Of a stretch of DNA of 64,000 nt, positions 23,926 through 37,090 are shown in pieces (positions within the stretch are counted from its first letter, which is position 1; each line of letters begins with the position of its first letter). The notes under the pieces are model-generated. The model worked only from the letters and a program-made list of their open reading frames with translations, searched no databases and had not been told where the DNA came from. Source of the stretch: Lytechinus pictus (Eukaryota). The stretch covers positions 7,008,001 through 7,072,000 of the forward strand of contig NC_087251.1 of the NCBI RefSeq assembly GCF_037042905.1. Reading direction: 5' to 3'. The translations under genes were made by a program, and so were the position numbers.

Positions 23926-24969
23926 TTAAATAATGCTGATATAGGCGCACTAGTCTGCAGGCACAGACCCTGATTTTAACTAGGTAATGCAGACTTAAAT
24001 ACATTTATCCTAGATACAAACAAGATAAGGGATCTCCCCTCATGTGGCCTAAATAAATAATGCGAGCGTGAAGCGTGAGTTATTTTTTTTAATAGTTAGA
24101 ACTAAATATTGAAAATTCTGAACATTTTTTTGTAGTCATAAGCGTGAAGGTATCTAATAAAGTACTTGATGCAAGTGCGACCAGAAAATTTGTGTTTCCC
24201 CATGCAGTTTTCCAACCTGAAATAAATAAATCAAACAAAATGACAATTTAACACTTTTTTGGGATAAATCATAACAAGATGTGTATTTCATTCAATAACA
24301 AATGCGTTCTCAATAGGGAACATTTTAATCATTTAAATGGAAAAAAATTGTGAAGAGGTTATGGATTTCACTAAATAAAATGTGAGCCCGAAGCGCGCGA
24401 GCTGAAAATGATTTATAATCCGATTTTAAACGGGACATTATATTTACTTTTTGTATTCATGATGAGGATGCGTATCTAAATAAACAATAATTTATTTATA
24501 ATATAGGAATGCAAAGCGCGAGCTGAAAATATATTTCTTCTTCTTTTTCTCTTCTCCCCCTCTCTCCTTTTCTTTTCATTTTTTTTTCACCGTCAATAGA
24601 GGGGGATGGGGCGGCCGCTTCACCCCCTGAATCCGGCAATGAACCACTTTACTTGACTGAAGTGTTTGTAACGTTAGAGCAGACTACGGACAACCTCCAC
24701 TTAATTTCATAGTAAATATATTTAGGTCTGTTTCTAAAAATTGAGACTAAAATGCAAGAAAAAAAATTTCCCTCCAGACCCACTCTCCCACCCAACTGTC
24801 TGGATTTCCGTGATTCTTAAGAAATTCCTTGATGAGCTTCAGTTGCGAATGAAGGGGGGGGGGGCTGATTGAAAGGAGGCAAAAATTCCATTAAATATAA
24901 CCATTTAGGTTAAATTTCATTCAAGGGTATGTAATAAACAAAATCAACATCAAAATCTTCAGTTTTTGA

Positions 24970-25707
24970 AATGTCACCATAACTTAGAAAGTATATGGGC
25001 CTAGTTCATGAAACTTGGACATAGTGGTTATCAAGTATCACTAAATACTCTGCCAGAGTTTTAAACATGACCAAGGTCAGAGGTCATTTAGGGTCAACAA
25101 ACTTTGGCCATGTTGGGGGTATTTGATGATTTCCATCATAACTTTAAAAGTTTATGGATCTGGTTCATGAAACTTAGACATAGGAGTAATCAAGTATCAT
25201 TGAACATCCTTTGTGAGTTCCAGGTCACATGACCAAGGTCAAAGGTCATTTAGGGTCAATGAACTTAGATTATGTTGGGGGTATTTGTTGAATTGCTATC
25301 ATAACTTTGAAAGTTTATAGATCTAGTTAATGAAACTTGGATATAAGAAAAAAAAGTGCAAGTTTTATGTCACCTGACCAAGGTAAAAGGTCATTTAGGG
25401 TCAACAAACTTTGGCCAGGCATGTTGGAGGTATTTACTGAATTGCCATCATACATGTAACTTTGAAAACTTAGAAATCTATAGTTCATGAAACTTAGACA
25501 TTTGAGTAATCTAGTATCATTGAACATCCTGCTCGAGATTCAGGTCACATGACCAATGTCAAAGGTCATCTAGGGTCAATGAACGTAGTATTTTATTATC
25601 ATATGATTTTTTTTTCTTAAATAACTATTAATAGTTGCTTTTCAAGGCACTGCTGCTCTATTGAATGGCGTAATGCAGGTGAGACTGCCAGAGGCGCTCC
25701 ACTTGTT
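24970..25707 (+). repeat. About four tandem ~160-bp units, probably the interior and 3' end of a Helentron/DINE-like element
   Basis: Repeated TTCATGAAACTT(G/A)GACAT...TGACCAAGGTCAAAGGTCATTTAGGGTCAA, ending GCAGGTGAGACTGCCAGAGGCGCTCCACTTGTT. The tandem structure is clear; the class assignment is tentative. Confidence 0.6.
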
Positions 25708-26199
25708 AAGAAAAAATGTGTCGATCAAGTATTTCGGCTTTCATTCGAATAAAAAAAAAAGCATCATTCTTATAAATGTAAAATTAGTGGAAAAGAATTG
25801 AAAGGAAACAGAAATTTGATAAGTGAAGGTACTCAGGTGCATGTCAAGTTTAGTTTGAAAAATATAATCTTTGGTTTTGACGAGAAAAGAATGCATTGAA
25901 TTGTTATGTATAATGAAACAACATATATTTCTACAAAATTTAAATAATGAAAACGTTTTTGCATACGTAAAGAAAAAAGATGTATAATCAGTATTATAAA
26001 GATGAGAGATATATCAGTACTATATCGGGTTTGTTTAAGAAATTTACTACTAAATAGAATGTCATTTCATTTCATTCTTTATTTGTGAAGTATTGTTATT
26101 GTTTGAGTTCATTGTATAATAATTTTTCTTCTGTAAATTTTGAAATTATTTGACTTAATAAAACGCATTTGGAGGGCTCAAAATTTTTCCCCTACTATG

Positions 26200-27960
26200 C
26201 AGCGCGTCCCCCAAAAATGTCCCTCTGACATAGGGCTCAATTAATTCCAAGATGTGGTAGTATTCTCAATCAAATATTTCATAATCTAACTTCTATGAAA
26301 ATGTTATTGGTCTCGCTTCAGCGGTTTTTAATACACACCCTGTTACGCAACAGTGGTGCACTGCATTTTAACCCCCTACGCCGCCCGCCCCCTACCTTAC
26401 CATCCAGAATTAGTATTTTGGACAATTGTGGAATGTCAAGCTTGTGGGAAGAAGACCATCTTTTAAATCTGAATCGGGTTAAGTTAGCTATGTAACGTAG
26501 ATTACGTGATATTGATTATCAAAACTGGAATGAAGAAGTTAATAGAAATCGTTTGTGTTTCAACTATAGAATTTTTTAAAAAGAAACAGTTTTAGAAAAA
26601 CATTTGTTGAAGTTGGATGTAGGAGATAGAATATCTTTATGTAAATTTCGATGTGGTAACCATAATCAGCCAATTGCTAAATGTCGTTATTCATCTGATC
26701 AACCTCTTGAAATATGTCCATTGTGTAACCTTGAAGTTCAGGGTGATGAATTTCATTATGTTTTAGTACGTCCGTTTTTCAATGATGAGCGTAAGAAGTA
26801 TGTTAAAACTTATTATTACCGTAGACCTAATGTCATTAAGTTTAATCAGCTATTCAATGCTAAATCTATTAAGCACTTAAAGAATCTATCAAAATTTTGT
26901 AAAGTCATCATGTCGAAGTTCAAATAATTTTGTTGTCTTTCCTTTTTTCATGCACTTCCAGTTGTTGAATTGGTCTCTTTAAAATTAATGTACATGTACG
27001 TAGTTCAGACTATTTTTATGCCATGTTACTAGTCCATATATTCTATTTTCGATTCTTGCCTTTCACCTGTTTGTTGTAAGAGTCTGATTTTTTAAGCTTT
27101 TGTTATCTTTTAACTTTTTTATGTATATCTATATTTGTTGTTACACTATTGTATTTCTTCCATGCCCCTGAAGGGGCCGTAAAAGAAATAAAAATCACTG
27201 TATCACTTATCACTGTACTAGGGAAATTTCCCTGATCTATCGAGGCTCATCAAATCATAAACTTGAGCATTTGCAGAAGGGTTAGAACCAAGAAATGAAG
27301 GGTGTTTGGTGATTGATTTGGGATCAATAATGAATGATGGATAAGTCCGATAAGCTGAAAAATGAAGGACAAACCACAAGTGTATCACTCTTTGCGAAAG
27401 CGAATATTACTTGTAGAAATTGAGTTGTTTTTAATTAAAAAGGCTACAGTGAATTAACTCGAGCTCATTATAAACTTAATAAAAAAAGTAATGAAAACAA
27501 GAATACACTATTGTTGGATTTAGGCATGAAACAAACATGACCTGTTGTTTCTGTCACTGTGCATCTCCCATTATCAACTGTTGTTGCCCTTCTGAAACAT
27601 GAAAGGTTGTGACTTGATGAGTCTGGTAAGATCACGAAGATTTCCTGTCAGCTCAGGGAATTCCCTGATCAGAATGATTCTCAATGATCAAAGGGGGTTG
27701 ATAATGCTTGGCAGTGCAGAACATACAGTAGTGGTAGTAATGCTGCATGTATGTCAACTTAGAATGGGCTGAAAAGCACCACTTTTACCTAATAGGCTGT
27801 ATATTCAAAACCGCTGAAGCGAAACCAATGTAATTTTTTAAAATAGAAGTTAGGTCATGAAATGAGCTTCCGCATACCACACATGTAATTGAAAATAATC
27901 TTTGAATTTTGAAATAATTCAGCCGTATATGAAAGGGACATTTTTTTGGGGGACGCGCTG
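26200..27960. mobile_element. Tc1/mariner-type non-autonomous element, unit A only
   Basis: CAGCGCGTCCCCCAAAAA...TTTTTGGGGGACGCGCTG termini, TA on the right. Absent at the paralogous site (~50412). Confidence 0.7.
26405..27215 (+). mobile_element. 5'-truncated LINE fragment nested in the Tc1-type element
   Basis: Disrupted ORF2 C-terminus (ISLCKFRCGNH...CPLCN...DEFHYVL...ERKKY), then a T-rich 3' UTR, AATAAA near 27187 and a short repeat tail. Confidence 0.75.
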
Positions 27961-28026
27961 TATATTCAGCGGTTTCCTTTCTATCTTCTATACGTTTCCT
28001 CTCCTCGTTCCGCACCATCTAATGTT

Positions 28027-28332
28027 GGAGCGTCGTGGCCCAGTGGATTAGTCTCCGGACTTTGAAACAGAGGGTTGTGGGTTCAAATCCCAGCCATGGC
28101 GTAGTTTCCTCAGCAAGGAATCCATCCACAGTGTGCTGCACTCGACCCAGGTGAGGTAAATGGGTACCGACAGGAAGCAATTCCTCGAAAAGCTGTGTGC
28201 ACCTGAATAGGGAGCCTATAGTTTAGCCGGGTTAGTAATAATAGCAGGGCCCGCTGGGAGAACAGTTTTCGGAACTGAAGTGACTATACCCTGAGTAAAT
28301 ATACCGTTATTATTATTATTATTATTATTATT
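28027..28332 (+). mobile_element. tRNA-derived SINE (family 1), unit A only
   Basis: A box TGGCCCAGTGG, B box GGTTCAAATCC, central CACTCGACCCAGGTG...AAATGGGTACC motif, (ATT)n tail. Absent at the paralogous site (~50495). Confidence 0.88.
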
Positions 28333-28450
28333 AAAGTGTGAAGATTTTTAATGCCCTTAATGTCCTGCATGATATATATACTTTTTTATTTTGATGCTAT
28401 GCAACACGGTAAAATTAATGAATTTTCCTTTCCATTTTCATTAATAATAG

Positions 28451-28510
28451 ATGAATACATCCCTATCTTCGAGTGAAATCATTCTCTTGCAGAATCCGAC
28501 CGGTACTATG
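28451..28510 (+). CDS. Uncharacterised GRAM/PH-like protein, copy A, coding exon 1
   Basis: MNTSLSSSEIILLQNPTGTM then a GTAGGC donor. The paralogue differs by an in-frame 9-nt indel. The ATG directly follows a pyrimidine tract plus TAG, so an upstream exon is likely. Confidence 0.6.
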
Positions 28511-29035
28511 GTAGGCTACGTCTTCATTATTTATTATTTTCTCGTTCAGTCAATATGAAATCAAAGTATTTGGAACACAAAGAGATCTGTAAACTTTAAA
28601 ACATATATAATTTGATTGGGTGCATATATTAGAATTGTAGAAGGAATATTTTTATTCAGATACACATTCAAAAAGGGTCTGACTTAACCTTTATAATATA
28701 TTCGAAAGTCATGCAGAAGACGCATTCACCCAATTAATGATTTAAGTGCCATATTCAAGGGTTTTTTACGTGCTTGATCTGTTGATGTATATGTCCTATT
28801 TATATTTCCCTTTTTCATTATCATAGTCGTTCAATAATATTATCTTTTTACCACAAGCACACTGTACATTTCATCAATGGGCACGTTTTAATGCGTTATT
28901 TTGCCTCATCAATATACGGTATTGGCCTATATCTCTGACGTCTATTTGTTTATTTAGAGTGATTGTGTCGTTCCATTTCTGAAAATAATTTGAATTTCAA
29001 TTGTAAATTTTTATGACCTCCATTTTCCCCGCCAG

Positions 29036-29222
29036 ACGACCCCGACCCCGTATCACTTTGACCCTGCCTCTCAGCAGGTGATCAACTCATTACCTTCCAA
29101 ACACTTGAGCCATCGTCAAGCCTCAGAAGCTATTAATGATGCAGCTAGTAGGATTGCTTCTTCTACTGAACATGGTCGTACATCAATGAGGAATGGACTG
29201 ACTTATGATCAGTTCCTTGCTG
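29036..29222 (+). CDS. Uncharacterised GRAM/PH-like protein, copy A, exon 2
   Basis: CAG|...|GTAAAT, 187 nt, open frame TTPTPYHFDPASQQVINSLP...GLTYDQFLAG. Much better conserved with 51194-51380 than the flanking introns. Confidence 0.85.
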
Positions 29223-29447
29223 GTAAATAACTTAGGATCCAGAATAAATTGTGTACTGTAAGAAGACAAGATAGTTCTGAAATAAACGAATGAATTATAC
29301 GACATTGTAAAGTCGTTCTAAAAGCTCAGGATGAGAATAAAAGGTGTCATGCTTTGGTATTTCTTAGTGAAAACATGGAATCAAGGTACATAACATGGAT
29401 AAGTCGTTGTTCTGTTTTAGTCATGAAAAAATGAAAACGGAATCCAG

Positions 29448-29607
29448 GGGAGTGTTTCATCAATATTTTCATCCGACAAGTTGCCAGATCTGACATCTTT
29501 CCATGATTCTGATCGGCTGAGAGGCACTGTTCCTATGGTAACTGTCGTCGGATAAACTGGGATTTGTCAGATAAAACGTCTGACAAGTCTTTTCATGAAA
29601 CGCCCCC
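29448..29607. mobile_element. Harbinger-like ~160-bp palindromic MITE
   Basis: GGGAGTGTTTCAT...ATGAAACGCCCCC with CAG on both sides. Related copies at ~35251-35410, ~35426-35595, ~59672-59829 and ~63206-63363. Confidence 0.75.
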
Positions 29608-30191
29608 CAGCTCTGCGGTTCTGTTTTTAAAAACGCGAATTCAAAGAATTCAAAGTAAACCATCGTTAGCATATATACACTGGCAAGCCATTGGTGTCGA
29701 TTGAATTTCCTGGGGGGGGGGGGCTGTTTTGTTTTCTTGTGAGGGATTTTTTTATTTTATTTTCATTTGGGCGGAGGTCAGGGGGGGGGGTGATGAGTCT
29801 AAAAATAATTTAAAGATGCTGTGTGTGAGGGAAGCTAGCGAGCCCCAAAAATGGCCTTTTTAAAACATACATAAATCAATTTTTTTGTAACAGATTTTGA
29901 CGTGATATGTTTTAAATATCATTCTTTCGTATGGATTTTTTAAACACTATCATTATTAACCATACTGTATGTATTGGTTATTTTGTAATTTTGCTCTAAA
30001 TGTTCTTTTCTGTTTTTATTTTTCTTACTGTTCTCTGTAATAAAGGCCTCTGACTTTATTGGAAATTGCAAAAGAGCCCAAAACAACGTCAGCGTGCATG
30101 GAAAATATATATTTTTTAAATTAGAATATGGAAACATCACTGGACTGTATTTTAAGAGAAATTCGACGTCATCTTTGTTTTGTTTCACCAG

Positions 30192-30356
30192 GTCTTTTAT
30201 ACAGCGAAGAAACAATGTTAGTGAGTCAGTTCATATACTTTGACTATGTGATGTTTAATCCTGAGCCTCAATCACCACCTCGATCTAACATGACATCTGG
30301 TCGTGCTTTCCTTACTAATCATCGTCTTCTTCTCCTATCAGCTGAGGTTTATCAAG
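30192..30356 (+). CDS. Uncharacterised GRAM/PH-like protein, copy A, exon 3
   Basis: CAG|...|GTTTGT, 165 nt, LLYSEETMLVSQFIYFDYVMFNPEPQSPPRSNMTSGRAFLTNHRLLLLSAEVYQG. GxxxLTNxRL is typical of GRAM/PH-fold strands. Confidence 0.87.
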
Positions 30357-30456
30357 GTTTGTCTACTACCATTATGACCTTAAATTAGCTTACAAACTTG
30401 GCCTATGATGTTTCGTTAGATCTCTGGTCCAATTTTACACCCCTAGGGTATTTGGG

Positions 30457-32769
30457 CAGGGGCGGATCCAGCCTTCGCCAATAGGGGGGGCCCGGATTTT
30501 TTTTTTCAGCCATGTTTTCCCTGATCGGCTGCTCGAAGATGATTTTTGCCGGGAGTTTTGGTTTCTTTGAAGGGGTAGTCCTAATAGTCACTTCTTAGCT
30601 CTAATTGTTACGAATAAACATAAATATATAATACCATAATCCTTATTTATATAATGCGAAGCGCGAGCTAAATTTTTTGGAAATCTTATGTATTTTTTCC
30701 TAAAATTTTGAACATTCTGGTCAATGATTTTTATCCTGAAAAAGATGTATATGCAAATGAATAATTACTACGAACGTGAAGCGCGAGCAGAAATGAACTA
30801 ATGGAAAGGGTACTGTAAAAGACTGTTTGCAATAAGCCATGAAGACGTTACATATCTTAAAAATCAAATAATGCGAGCGCGAAGCGCGAGCTGAAATTTT
30901 TTGACATTTTTACCTTAGGAATGGAAATTCTAAGCACTTTTTTTGTTACTTAAACAGAATAGGTATATAACTAAATTGATGCGAGCGCAAAGCGCGAGCG
31001 GAAAATTTTGAGATTTAGACCTACTTAACGAGGCACTCTATTCAAGTTTTTATATACGTTTTGAAGTGATCGAAAAGGTACCTGTTAAGGACTGCTTGCA
31101 CTTAGCCATGAAGACGTTACATATTTCAACAATTTTTTTGACATTTCTACATAAAGAATTTAAAATTTTAATCAATTTTTGTAATCGTGAACAGGATAGG
31201 TATATTACTAAACAATTGATGCGATTGATGCGATGTTTGGTGGTGTCCACCTGCAACTTATATTAGAATTAGAGGCACGGAAATAATAGAGGACGTACAA
31301 GTCTACCCCTTAGGGTGCACAATGTAACCCCACCTAAAATAACAAAAAATTGTCGAGAGTTCCGGTTCATTCACTTTCTGTATCGATTTTTTAGTTACCT
31401 TAGTCATGTTAGTTGGGACTCTAACTCTACTCGTTGTAATTGCAGTCAAGATTCTTCCCGCTCTATATAGGTATATAACTAAACAATTGATGCGAGCGGG
31501 AAAAAAAAAATCGAGATTTAGACCTAAAAACGGGACACTCTATTCATGTTTTGTAAATCATGAAAAGAATGAGTAATAGGGGATCTTCCTACATTAACAA
31601 TGCGAGTAGAAATTTTTTGGTATTGTGATCTGAAACTGGATAATGATTTAAATAGAGAACAAGTTGACTATCTGAATAAACATGCGCGCGCGTCTTTCAT
31701 ATTTAGACATAGAATCTAGGCATTCTAAATAGTATCTTTAATCATGAAAATCAAAGCGAGCGCGAAGCGCGAGCTTAAACTATTTGATATTCCGATCTGA
31801 AAAAAGTATTTCAAGCATTTTGTAGGGAAATTGTGAGGTGGATATGGATCGCACTTAATAAAGAGCTGATATTTTTAATTATTTTTACTTTGAGTTTTAA
31901 CATAGGACCGGGACATCCTTAGGATATGCATATGAAGATGATGACTATCTTCCTATTCCTCTTGCTAAGTGAGAGATGAAACAAAAGGGACAGTTTAATT
32001 ATTAAATTAATATCTTATTTATTAATGCATTAGGGCGCGAAATCTGATGATATTATGGCCTGAAAATTGGACATTTCAAGCACTTTTGTAATCATAAATA
32101 GGATGCATCAAGTTAATATATTTTAACCATTAATGCGAGCGCAAATCGCGAGCCAAATTTTTTGATAAACTGTCATAAAAAGGGGGTTTTAAGTAGTTTG
32201 TTGTATAATCAATATTGAGACATACATAACTCGACAATCAAAATGCGAGCGTGCAGCGCTAGCTGATACGTTTTGACAATCAGACCTGGAAAGGGATATT
32301 TTGAAAACTTTATGGAATACACGAAAATAATAGGTACCTGATAAATCAAAATTTGCGAGCGCGCAGCACGAGCAGAAAATGTTAATATTCAGACCATAAA
32401 ACTGACATTTGTACAGAGCACTTATTAAAAACAATTTGTAAATCGCACAAAATAATGAAAGTTCGATTTCCGAGGTGAAATATGTTTTGTATATTGACTT
32501 CCAAACTTGATATTTAAACTCCATATTGAACAAGATATGAAAATCACCTAACAAGCAATGCGAGCGCGAAGCGCGAGCGAAAATTTTATATAGTGGCATC
32601 AAAGTTTTTCTTTATTTTCCAAGTCTTCCCCTCATCTTATTTTATTCACTCTTCTTCCTCTTCTTTTTTCTCCTCTCTTTTCCCTCCTTTTCCCCCTTTT
32701 TTTCTTCTTTTTTTGCTCCGCCAATAGGGGGGGGGGGGGGGGGGCCAGGCCCCCCTGGATCCGCCTATG
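30457..32769. mobile_element. hAT-like non-autonomous element (~2.3 kb) rich in GCGAGCGCGAAGCGCGAGC motifs
   Basis: CAGGGGCGGATCCAG...CTGGATCCGCCTATG termini with TTTGGG on both sides. Colinear with 51583-53795. Confidence 0.8.
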
Positions 32770-34563
32770 TTTGGGGGTGTCCATCTGCACCTTATATTAG
32801 AATTAGAGGCACGGAAATAACAGAGGACGTACAAGTCTACCCCTTATAGGGTGCACAATGTAACCCCACCTAAAATAACAAAAAATTGTCGAGAGTTCCG
32901 GTTCATTCACTTTCTGTATCGATTTTTTTAGTTACCTTATAGTTGGGACTCGAACTCTACTCGTTGTAATTGCAGTCAAGATTCTTCCCGCTCTGCCAGC
33001 GAAAAGCGCTGAGACCGGAGCCTCTAGCGATATGAGCCGATACAGTTGTTGCCGATAGTTGTAATTCAAGTAGCTCTATTTTCTCTTTCTCCCAAAGTAT
33101 AGGTAATCAAATGTGTTTGTTAAACAATTATCATCACATAAATATCAAAAAAATTAAAAATCATTTCACTTCGGTAAAGTTATTGTTATTTCGGGTAATC
33201 TTCGATCACAAATCAACTTTATACCATAGGTCTATCAGCGAGCAGAGGCATCTATCCGGGGGGGGGGGGCGATCGCCCCACCAATCAAAATATTGGTGGG
33301 GCAAGCATACCGTTTTGCCCCCCCTCCCCCAATAATTCCGGAAGTGCAGAAATAAAATAAAATTGTAATGTTACATAGAAATCGGCAAATGAACAAACAC
33401 AACATAAAATTTGGTTTTCACATTAATTAGTACAGTACAAAATTACGATTCCATCAATCATGTCTATCATTTGAACTTTTGTTAAGGTACATTTACGCAG
33501 GAATTTTAATATATAGACATTAAATTCTTTTCTGCCAATGAATAAACAAAATGACAAACCCTTTTTTCGTAAGCAGATCCATGTGAGTTATGTATACCTC
33601 TATGACAGTTTATCAAATATTTCGGCTTGCGATTTGCGCTCGCATTAACTTTTAAAAACATATTAACCCAAGCATCCTATTCACAATTACAAAAGTGCTT
33701 ACAATATCGACTTTAAGGCCTCTTATTAGGCTTATTGAATTATTAAATAAGATGACATGTCCATGAATTCCTAATAATTGAATTGTCCCCTTTCCAGAAT
33801 GGAAATATCGATAAGTTTCATTTCAAGCTTAGGGAGAGGAATAGTAAGAGAGTCATCATTTTCATATGCCAAATATCCTTAAAATGTCACGGTCTAAGGT
33901 CAAAATAATAATTAAAGAATTAACTCACACCTCGCGTTCACACCATTAAATGCAATCCATATCCTTTTCACAATTTCCCAAAACAGTGCTTGAAATGGTG
34001 CTTAAATTGACCCTTCTTCAGTTCGGAATATTTTTTTTTTCAGCTCGCGCTTCGCACTCCCATTATTGATTTTCATAATAAAAGAAATGTATTTAGAATA
34101 CCCGGATTCCAGGTCTAAATTGAGATACGCAGATTGTTCTTTATTTAAAACTTGCTTAAATTATTCACTTTCGCGCCCCCATTATTAATGTAGGAAGATA
34201 TCCAATTACCCATCCTAATCATGATTTACAAAACATGTGTCCCATTTTTACCTCTAAATCTCAATTTATTTTCGCGCTTGCATCAATTGTTTAGTTATAT
34301 ATCTATCCTGTTCATACTTACAAAAAGTGCCAAGAGTATTCAGTTTTTAGGTCAGAATGAGAAAAAATATTCAGCTCGCGCTTCGCGCTCGCATTATTTG
34401 ATTGTTGAAATATGTATTGTCTTCATTGCATTAAACTACAAAAAGTCCTTACGAGGTCCCTTTTCAGACCAGAACGTATTGTATATTAAAAGATTTAAAA
34501 AATGCTGCTTGCTCTTCACGCTCGCAGCAATTATTTAGTTACATATTATGCATCTTGTTCAGG

Positions 34564-34566
<3 letters not shown>

Positions 34567-34610
<44 letters not shown>

Positions 34611-35006
34611 AAAAAGTTCGGAAATCTGAGTTTGGCCATTAATTTCTCCCAACTTCCAATTTTACACAATGCATATTTGATATCATTCAAAAGATCATTT
34701 AATTCTCTTTAAAATGATGCCATGCTTGTTATGATCATGCCGTTACGAAAAGAGCAGGATTCAAAAGTATTGGGTGAGGTCTAAATTGAAAAGCTGCAAA
34801 ACGAGCAAAAAAAGTTAGGAAATCTGAGTTTGGCCATTAATTTCTCCCAACTTCCAATTTTACACAATGCATATTTGATATCATTCAAAAGATCATTTAA
34901 TTCTCTTTAAAATAATGCCATGCTTGTTATGATCATGCCGTTACGAAAAGAGCAGGATTCAAAAGTGTTGGATGAGGTCTGAATTGAAAAGCTGCAAAAC
35001 GAGCAG
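34567..35006. repeat. (TA)n microsatellite followed by a ~197-bp direct tandem duplication
   Basis: AAAAAAGTT(C/A)GGAAATCTGAG...GCTGCAAAACGAGCA present twice, ~34610-34806 and ~34807-35006. Confidence 0.85.
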
Positions 35007-35781
35007 AAATAGTCATGAAGGGTCAATACAGAACATGATTCTTTTGTCTGTGTCAATAGAGATGAAAATCCATTCAAATGAAGCCCCTGCTTCTTCATTT
35101 TTATGTTTTGTTGTGGTTTATGTAGTGATGGTTCTGTGAGATAACCCTAGTCTAGTTCTAGACGATTTTAATCGAATCTATTTTCACCGATATATATACG
35201 TACTATCCCGTGCGTACGCCCAGCCGAGTGTGCGCGCAAAACCGAGAACCAGGGGAGCGTTTCATCAATATTTTCATCCGACAAGTTGTCAGATCTGACA
35301 TCTTTCCATGATTTTGATTGGCAGAGAGGCACTGTCCCTATGGTAACTGTCGGATAAAATGGGACTTGTCGGATAAAGCGTCCGACAAGTCCTTTCATGA
35401 AACGCCCCCCTGTTCCTCGGAGTACAGGGGAGCGTTTCATCAACATTTTTGTCCGACAAGTTGTGAGATCTGACATCTTTCCTTGAATCTGATTGGCTGA
35501 GAGGTACTGTTACTATGGTAATTGTCGGATAAAACAGAACTTGTCGGACAAAGTCCCTTCATGAAACGCTCCCCTGGTTGGAGTACAGGCTGGTGCGGTG
35601 CACCAAGGAGCTCCTTGGGTGCACGTAAAGAGTACATGAGTGTACAACAGACACTGACTCTCGCGCATAAGAGCTAACTTGCGGACCGGGCACGCGAGCG
35701 AGAGCCCGCGAGCACCTCGATGGTACGGTACTACGAGGTTTACGCACGTATCGTACACCCCATTTGCACCGGGATTTCTTA

Positions 35782-36070
35782 GTGTGTGGTTAGAGCATAT
35801 TGGACTTATAATCGCAAGGTTGTGAGTTAGAATCCCCACTCTATCATTGTCCATTGTCCACTTTGATAAAAAAGGCCCGAGGGTAATATCTGTCGTCTAG
35901 AAGGTCAGCCATTATGTCTGATTAACTTAGACGTAAAATGTTTCCTAAGTAATTGGTTATAATTTGTAACCAATTACTTAGGAAATACCAGTTTTGGCGT
36001 TTACCAGCAAAACGCTGTCCTGCCGAGTTCCTACGGGAGTTACCATAAATAGAAACGGAAACGGGAACAC
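35782..36070 (+). mobile_element. tRNA-derived SINE (family 2)
   Basis: Degenerate tRNA head (GTGGTTAGAGCA...GGACTTATAATC...GAGTTAGAATCCC). Body shared with the minus-strand copy at 44446-45020. Short GAAAC-type tail. Confidence 0.7.
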
Positions 36071-36575
36071 ATAATCTTGGCATAACGTAACACGTCTTGC
36101 CATGAAAAAAAAAATCCTGCTGCATTTTCTACTGACAAGAAACTTATAATGAATTATATAGGCAACGGTGTGTTATGCAAGATTTATAGTTTCAAATAAG
36201 GAGGTGGCTTTGTCTTAATGGCAGTTTGAAAAATGAGAAAAACCATTAATCACCAGATCACGATAACTTGCACCACCTGTACGTAACAAGACGTATAGGC
36301 CTACCTGCGAATGGAAAATGCTATGCCACCACGATAAAAAGCTTGATAAAAAGTAAAAATTTGAAATGTATACCCCTATATCACTCTCAACATGATCAAG
36401 GTATGAAATTCGGAACATCCTGGTATAATAATTATATGGCATTAATAATCACATTAAAATAAGCAAAAATCAATGTTTAATTAACACTTTTACACCAACT
36501 AAGTCTTGCAATTATGATAAAAATGTTTATGTTGCTACTTTAATAGTTATATTTATAACCTTTTAATTGATTCAG

Positions 36576-36787
36576 GTTTGAGCTTGGCAACTTTGACCCC
36601 TGGTCAGGACAAGAGACCTTCAGGTTACACAATCACAGGAAATGCTTCAGATATTCTGCATTATCAGAGTATCCCATTGATCAATATCCACAGTGTGGAG
36701 TTGAACGCATCAGTTGGTGTCCAGTCTGTCGAGACCGTAATGGGAGTACGGCCATGTTGCTGTCTGGCTCTGTGTAGCTGTGCAGGG
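36576..36787 (+). CDS. Uncharacterised GRAM/PH-like protein, copy A, exon 4
   Basis: CAG|...|GTAAGC, 212 nt, LSLATLTPGQDKRPSGYTITGNASDILHYQSIPLINIHSVELNASVGVQSVETVMGVRPCCCLALCSCAG. Phases match exons 3 and 5. Confidence 0.87.
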
Positions 36788-37090
36788 GTAAGCATTGTTC
36801 CAGGGAAGTGTTATACTCCCTGATTGTTCATTAGATGACAATCAGTAGCGTATTGGAAGATTACTTCCCGATGCAGTCAATGCATATGCACCCCTTCCGA
36901 TACCAGAGTTTTTACTGTTTTTTTTTTGCTCCCCAGAAAATGACATTCAATGATATTCAGTCCGGTATCAAATCTCTACTAATCAATACTGCAGCCCATA
37001 CGTACCTACAAACATCGACCAATCTTCATCTTGCACGTCGCTATTGCGTTCGCAACTCGGTTATATTTTGTTTTCATTATTTCTATATAG

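Noticed and set aside
28027..28100. tRNA-like sequence
   Set aside because: It continues into a SINE body and (ATT)n tail and is absent from the paralogous site, so it is a SINE head rather than a tRNA gene.
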